Notes under the pieces: generated by a model | Seen by the model: only the letters and a program-made list of their open reading frames with translations | What the model was told of the DNA's origin: nothing | Database searches by the model: none | Made by a program: the position numbers and the translations under genes | In this document: positions 42,437 to 47,179 of the stretch, in pieces | How positions within the stretch are numbered: the first letter of the stretch is position 1 | Layout of the letters: each line of letters begins with the position of its first letter | Virus record (IMG/VR): IMGVR_UViG_3300031701_000001 | Location: 1-47,179 of that record | Origin: a virus | Taxonomy: Duplodnaviria > Caudoviricetes | DNA length: 47,179 bases | Reading direction: 5' to 3' (one strand)

Positions 42437-43411
42437 CTATTGAAAGTTTGGTACGGATGCACCCCCAAAAGTGTTGTTGTTAATGAACCTCGGAATCGCA
42501 ACCACCCCGTCTCCCATGTAATGTTGTAGCTGGTCGTTCAGTAACTGGATTGCTTGGGCTTCGTAATCCACCGCTTCCCGAATGTTATTGGTCTCCTCTT
42601 TGCGGAGGGCCATCACCATCAGCTTCAATGCCGACTCAAAATTAATGTACAACCAATCATTGTCATTCACCGCCGGAACAAACCGCAGTTTGCCCACCAC
42701 TGTCACCGTCACGGTGCTGGTATCGGTTAGACCGGGAATGAGGCTGCGACGATAAGTGGGGCGGGCCTCAGTTGGCTCGTACTCAGCAATGGCTCGATCT
42801 GTGCTGTCCGTAGTGTCATGTTCCTTGAGCAGAACATTGTAGTTTGTCTTATCGCGGATCACTCCGCTCAATGCGCTGAACTTACTGTTAGTGGTCACAC
42901 TGCTGCTGCTGGCAACTAACGTCACCTTCTCCCCATCAATATGATTGCTGCCATCCACCGTCCTAATCCAATCCCCGCTCTCATCGTAGCCTTGCAGGAT
43001 CATCGTCTTGCCAGCGTCGGTGTCACTTGTAGTTACGACCTTCAGCTTCTTATCCAGTCCGTCAATGTCACTGAAGGATACCGCTTCTGCTCGGTCAATG
43101 AGGGTCATCTGGTCGCCGTCCGCGCTGTCAAGAAGACCGGGGCCGCTCTCAAGGAACTCGTACCATTCATTCCGAACAATTGCTGGGGAGTCCCCCACTG
43201 CCACCGCCTCAACGGTCTCTAGCTGGCGGGGCCATGTGATTGTTCCATTGCTTGATGTGACCGCGTAGCGGACATAGGTTCCGGGCCACTTGCCCTTGTA
43301 AACCAGCCGCTCCTGCGCCTCGTTGACGTACTTAATGACGCGGCTATCGGCAGCGGGCAATGACAGCACCTTCGCCATCCCTTCCTTGATGTCTCCGTAA
43401 GTCAGTTTCAT
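42437..43411 (-). CDS. Probable tail adaptor/tubular protein A-like (324 aa)
   Basis: N-terminal YVNEAQERL helix typical of head-tail adaptors; tail operon. Confidence 0.5.
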   Translation of the reverse strand: MKLTYGDIKEGMAKVLSLPAADSRVIKYVNEAQERLVYKGKWPGTYVRYAVTSSNGTITWPRQLETVEAVAVGDSPAIVRNEWYEFLESGPGLLDSADGDQMTLIDRAEAVSFSDIDGLDKKLKVVTTSDTDAGKTMILQGYDESGDWIRTVDGSNHIDGEKVTLVASSSSVTTNSKFSALSGVIRDKTNYNVLLKEHDTTDSTDRAIAEYEPTEARPTYRRSLIPGLTDTSTVTVTVVGKLRFVPAVNDNDWLYINFESALKLMVMALRKEETNNIREAVDYEAQAIQLLNDQLQHYMGDGVVAIPRFINNNTFGGASVPNFQ

Positions 43412-44145
43412 TATGTTTTAATGATGTAGTTGGCTACCACTTGGTAAGGTTGCATATTGTTCATGGCCGTAGCACCACCAACATCGTAGTGGCTCGCGTT
43501 GCCGAAGGATGGAACATTGGCGGTATAGTTCCAGTTGCTGTAATTATCAACAGTGCTAAAAGACATGTTCTTCACATACTTGCCATCTGGCATCTCATCA
43601 AACGTCAGCGTATGCAACTCCTCGCCACCTGTGTTGCCCGCTGCGTCGTTGCTTGCCATCCGTGCTGCTGTGCCGTCCGCTGCCACGGCCACGCGCCCTC
43701 GCATATCGGGCAGCTTAAAGTTTAGCGTGGCATCCGTTGCCGCTCCGTAGGTCGTGCCGAGCAATGCGTTTAGCCGAACGTAGGTTAGCTTCGCCACATC
43801 GCTGCCATCGCACAGCAGCCACCCGTCCGGTGCGCTGGCTCCAGCGTAGGGGTTCAACGTCCCAACCGGAGTCGTGCTGAAACTCTGCCACGCGCTGTTG
43901 CAAGTATCGTAGTAGTACCAACCTAACGGGCGTGAATCGCTGTCCAGCTTCATCCATAGCTTGTCTTGGTCGCCGCTGCTGACAGTTGCGCCAACGGTAA
44001 ACGCTGCGCCCAGATGGTTGATGGTGGTCTTGGCCGCGAACTCCGCGTGGGTAGCTTGTAGCGAGGTGTGGCAGAACCCGCTCGTTAACGTCTCTGCCGC
44101 GATGGCGTATGTGGCTCCGTTCGTGATGGTTGTACAAGTTGGCAT
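43411..44145 (-). CDS. Tail collar-domain protein (244 aa)
   Basis: PVGTLNPYAGASAPDGWLLCDG...FKLPDMRGRV...NMQPY...YIIK. Confidence 0.85.
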   Translation of the reverse strand: MPTCTTITNGATYAIAAETLTSGFCHTSLQATHAEFAAKTTINHLGAAFTVGATVSSGDQDKLWMKLDSDSRPLGWYYYDTCNSAWQSFSTTPVGTLNPYAGASAPDGWLLCDGSDVAKLTYVRLNALLGTTYGAATDATLNFKLPDMRGRVAVAADGTAARMASNDAAGNTGGEELHTLTFDEMPDGKYVKNMSFSTVDNYSNWNYTANVPSFGNASHYDVGGATAMNNMQPYQVVANYIIKT

Positions 44146-44151
44146 AATTAT

Positions 44152-45990
44152 TTATTGGTTGGTAGCACTGCTGGTTCCGCCGAGGCAATCACAGGCGATG
44201 GCCTTGGCTGCGCTGTCTATGTTTACATCTGCATAAGGTTCTTCTTGTGTCTCCAGCGCGTTAATGCGGAACATCTTTAATCGCGCATGGCCCTTCCACT
44301 TCACGCGGGCGGCAAACTCCCACCCGTAATTCATTCGCTTACCCGCCGCCGGTTCCTCGGTGTCCGGTGGCCGACCTATCCTCATCCGAGGCCGGTACTG
44401 CTTCTGGTAATCCACCAGCGATTCACAATCACTCGCTTGGTACTCCGCAATAACGTGCCAATCCTGCCAATCAATCCAGCACGGGTACTGGTCGGGATGA
44501 AAGTCGCAATGGAAATCCACTCGACCTCCGCTTACCTCGTCCACCCACATATCCGCGCTGGCCAGTTCCTTGGCTGCGCCAACTTGCCCAAAGTCAAAGC
44601 TGGGCAACTCAATCTCGCTGCTAATCTTCTGGTACACCGCATCACCGCCGCTGTAATCCTTGTCCTCGATATGGTCGCCATCATTCTTTAGCTCCCAAAT
44701 CTCCATCGCCTCGCTCTCGTTACGGACGAAGGCAAAGCATCGCTCCACCTCGCTGAACCGACCCTTGGCCAGTTGGTAAATATCAAACCCAGTTAACGCT
44801 GACGGACTACCTCGTTCCACTTCCAGCTTCCAAAATCCGTCATAGGCTGCTGGGGCTTTTCCGCTCAACCCACTTATCAAATCGAAATCTAGCACAGTTA
44901 ACCCCTTGTACGCCACCCCCGTGGCAGCTTTGTAATTATCCATGCTGGTAAGGAGATAGCGGTTGTTGAAAAGCACCCCGCTCTGGTAGGGCAAGTAAGC
45001 TGGACTATCGTACTTCAGTATCCGCACCATCTCTCTGCTGATAGGGGTGTTGCCTTGCTGTGAAAAGTCGCGTACCGCTTGGATGAGACTACGGATGCCG
45101 TCGCGGCTTCTGAATAAACAATCGCCATTCACTAGCTCAGTGCTGTGCTGACTGCTGCTGCCATTGTTAATCAGCACCACCCGCTGAATCGGGTCAGTCA
45201 AAGCGTACCAATCGTTTCTGTCTGCCGGTACGTTCACGCTGAAGGCGGCGTCACTGGTGAACACCATCAACTCGCCTACCCCCAACGCGGTATTCGGAGC
45301 CGCCACGAATCGCATCGCCGTGATGTCGCCGCTACCTACGCTCACCGTGAATGAGCCGCCACCAGCGAGTAGCGTGTTCTCTGTAAATTTAAGTATGCCA
45401 GTTGTGCCGCCAAGGATGTCGCCCGCTACAAAGTTGCGCCCCTGCGCTACCCATAGCCGTCCGTTGCCATACGCCATCGGCCCTGTGCCGACTGGGACGC
45501 GGTTCGCCGTTGCGCTGGAGGCTTGTGGCCACGTTCCCGTGGCAGTTGCGCTGTATATATAAGGGGAGTTGGTTCCGTCTTGGATGATGAGGTACTCATC
45601 CGCTTGAATCATGTGTACCCGTTCGCGGGTGGCTGAAACCGTAACGCCGCCCGTTATGTCTGCCACTGTCCAGTTGATGCCGCTGACGGGCGGGGTGAGC
45701 TTGTAAACATTACCGCCCGCTACAACAATCATGTGCGCGGCTGTGTTGCTTTCCTCGTAGTAGCCGCTGCCTTGGAACTTCGCCGCCAGCATCGCTGTTG
45801 CGGCGGCACTGGTTGCTAAAGGAATCCGCTCAAAGCTGGGGCGCGTCTTGGCGTACCCACCACGGAATGTCACGTTCTGTGCATAGGCTACTTGAGTCTT
45901 GGGCAGGAGCGCAGGGCTGCGACCAGAATCCATGCCGCCACTCAACGCCATCACGCCGTCGCTCATTCGTCCTTGTTCGCGTATTGCCAT
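44152..45990 (-). CDS. Probable tail nozzle/stabilisation (tubular B, P22 gp10-like) protein (612 aa)
   Basis: GGMDS...AQNVTFRGG N-terminus; beta-propeller-like composition; podovirus tail context. Confidence 0.6.
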   Translation of the reverse strand: MAIREQGRMSDGVMALSGGMDSGRSPALLPKTQVAYAQNVTFRGGYAKTRPSFERIPLATSAAATAMLAAKFQGSGYYEESNTAAHMIVVAGGNVYKLTPPVSGINWTVADITGGVTVSATRERVHMIQADEYLIIQDGTNSPYIYSATATGTWPQASSATANRVPVGTGPMAYGNGRLWVAQGRNFVAGDILGGTTGILKFTENTLLAGGGSFTVSVGSGDITAMRFVAAPNTALGVGELMVFTSDAAFSVNVPADRNDWYALTDPIQRVVLINNGSSSQHSTELVNGDCLFRSRDGIRSLIQAVRDFSQQGNTPISREMVRILKYDSPAYLPYQSGVLFNNRYLLTSMDNYKAATGVAYKGLTVLDFDLISGLSGKAPAAYDGFWKLEVERGSPSALTGFDIYQLAKGRFSEVERCFAFVRNESEAMEIWELKNDGDHIEDKDYSGGDAVYQKISSEIELPSFDFGQVGAAKELASADMWVDEVSGGRVDFHCDFHPDQYPCWIDWQDWHVIAEYQASDCESLVDYQKQYRPRMRIGRPPDTEEPAAGKRMNYGWEFAARVKWKGHARLKMFRINALETQEEPYADVNIDSAAKAIACDCLGGTSSATNQ

Positions 45991-45991
45991 T

Positions 45992-46711
45992 TTAGTCGTG
46001 CTTAATAATGTGGTTGAAAATTGCGTAGGGCTGGAGGTTGCTGTGACTGTTTCCGCTGCCCGTTAATGCGTTAGACATAGAAACGCCCATCGCGCTCGTG
46101 TTAGTGGTGGCAGTGATGCTTGATGCGTTAATAAAGCCCCGTTGCCAGCCGCCGTTTCCAGAATATGTGGTTAAAGTATTACCTATAACATAGTTGGCAT
46201 AAAGCTGGGAAGCGTGAGACAATGTTGTTGTAGCCGAGCCGGTCAAGGACGCCGTGTTTATGTGGCGATGACTGGGCATCTGAGCCTCTGACAGTGTTAC
46301 CCCTTCCGCACCACCATCGTTGCCTAGCGCATTGGCGGTGGTCAGCCGCCCTGCTCCACCGTCTGCTCCGGTGATAACTCTACCTCTCAAGTCCGGCAGC
46401 TTAAATTGTCCACTGGCCGCGCTGCCCCATGTGGCAAGAATCAGCGCGTACAGCGTCGGGTAAGTCAATTGACTTACTTCTGCGCCGTCACAAAGCAACC
46501 ACCCCGATGGCGCAGACCCGCCAGCAAACGGGTTCACTACGCCAATCGGAATGATTGGGGCAGTCGTAACCAAGTCCGCAATCTCTTTCGCTGCATGGCC
46601 ATACTGTTGCCCCATGAGTTTAGTTCCGTCTACATAGGTCTGGCTCTGGGACGGGCCTAATCCACCCACCCCAGTGCTGGCATCCTTATAGACTGTACGG
46701 CGTTCGCTCAT
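45992..46711 (-). CDS. Tail collar-domain protein (239 aa)
   Basis: PIGVVNPFAGGSAPSGWLLCDG...FKLPDLRGRV...HSNLQPY...HIIK. Confidence 0.85.
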   Translation of the reverse strand: MSERRTVYKDASTGVGGLGPSQSQTYVDGTKLMGQQYGHAAKEIADLVTTAPIIPIGVVNPFAGGSAPSGWLLCDGAEVSQLTYPTLYALILATWGSAASGQFKLPDLRGRVITGADGGAGRLTTANALGNDGGAEGVTLSEAQMPSHRHINTASLTGSATTTLSHASQLYANYVIGNTLTTYSGNGGWQRGFINASSITATTNTSAMGVSMSNALTGSGNSHSNLQPYAIFNHIIKHD

Positions 46712-46721
46712 TGTCTCTGCT

Positions 46722-47179
46722 CTACCCCTTGTCGGCCTCTAAATTCTCCAACTTCGCAGCCTCAACCTCCGCAGCCCGCCGAGCTTCTTCGGCTAACTCG
46801 TCGGGGTTGCGCGGCCAGTTCGCCGTAATCGCGGCCAGTGAATCAACGCTGGTGGATTCCTCAATCTGTCCGCACTGACGGTTGGATTCTTCACGCACAG
46901 CCGTTCGATAATCTGTCCACTGCGGCAGTAAACCCACGCCTGTCTCCGCTTGCTTAACAACCATATAGTCTGACTGCGCCAGCATTGAATGTGCCGCACG
47001 ATTGGCGTCGCTCGCCATACCGCGCTTCAGCATATCTAAATTCTTCGGCGTCACCGTCCAGCTATTACCGTCCAGCGTAATATAATAAAACTTCTCGCTC
47101 TCGGATGGGCGTGGTGGCACAGAAGGGGCGATGGTGATGCCACGCTCAGTTAGCATCTCCGGTGTGGCATTGGATAGCC
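46722..47179 (-). CDS. 3' part of a tail-fibre assembly chaperone-like protein (starts at 157 across the junction)
   Basis: LAQSDYMV...WTDYRTAVR...WP motif typical of tail assembly chaperones. Confidence 0.7.
   Translation of the reverse strand, partial: LSNATPEMLTERGITIAPSVPPRPSESEKFYYITLDGNSWTVTPKNLDMLKRGMASDANRAAHSMLAQSDYMVVKQAETGVGLLPQWTDYRTAVREESNRQCGQIEESTSVDSLAAITANWPRNPDELAEEARRAAEVEAAKLENLEADKG
47099..47179. repeat. 81-bp terminal direct repeat, identical to 1-81
   Basis: Direct sequence identity. Confidence 0.95.

Overview
This window looks like a complete, circularly assembled dsDNA tailed-phage genome of about 47.1 kb; positions 1-81 repeat 47099-47179. It is probably podovirus-like, and its LamG/collagen fibre genes resemble those of aquatic phages, but the host cannot be determined. 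Genes lie in six alternating-strand blocks. These are: tail fibres and virion/ejection proteins (-, 28766-47179 continuing through 1-5288); TerL, portal and scaffold (+, 5310-11532); MCP, holin/spanin-like genes and a PD-(D/E)XK nuclease (-, 11529-14025); replication and DNA metabolism (+, 14357-22706); a TerS-like gene (-, 22703-23227); and an early-type region of small genes (+, 23522-28818). I recognised no integrase, DNA or RNA polymerase, tRNA or CRISPR array. The main candidate new system has three linked parts. (1) A 3687-aa virion/ejection-type polyvalent protein carries an apparently complete ECF-like sigma factor (regions 2 and 4, aa ~885-1058). (2) The same protein is divided by five (Q/T)-[WYF]-A-[FY]-D-P-[LM] motifs into kinase, two zincin peptidase and other modules. 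(3) Seven early genes each follow a strictly spaced bipartite motif, A-tract-AGGGCCA-N15-TACGACATA, 5-18 nt before the ATG, which is not a housekeeping sigma70 promoter. My inference is a virion-delivered, possibly self-processed sigma factor that redirects host RNA polymerase to largely leaderless early promoters. Other notable items are an unannotated 59-aa histone-fold-like gene, a C5 methyltransferase with motif IX in an overlapping frame, and several structured intergenic RNAs. All protein family calls come from motif recognition by eye, not database searches.
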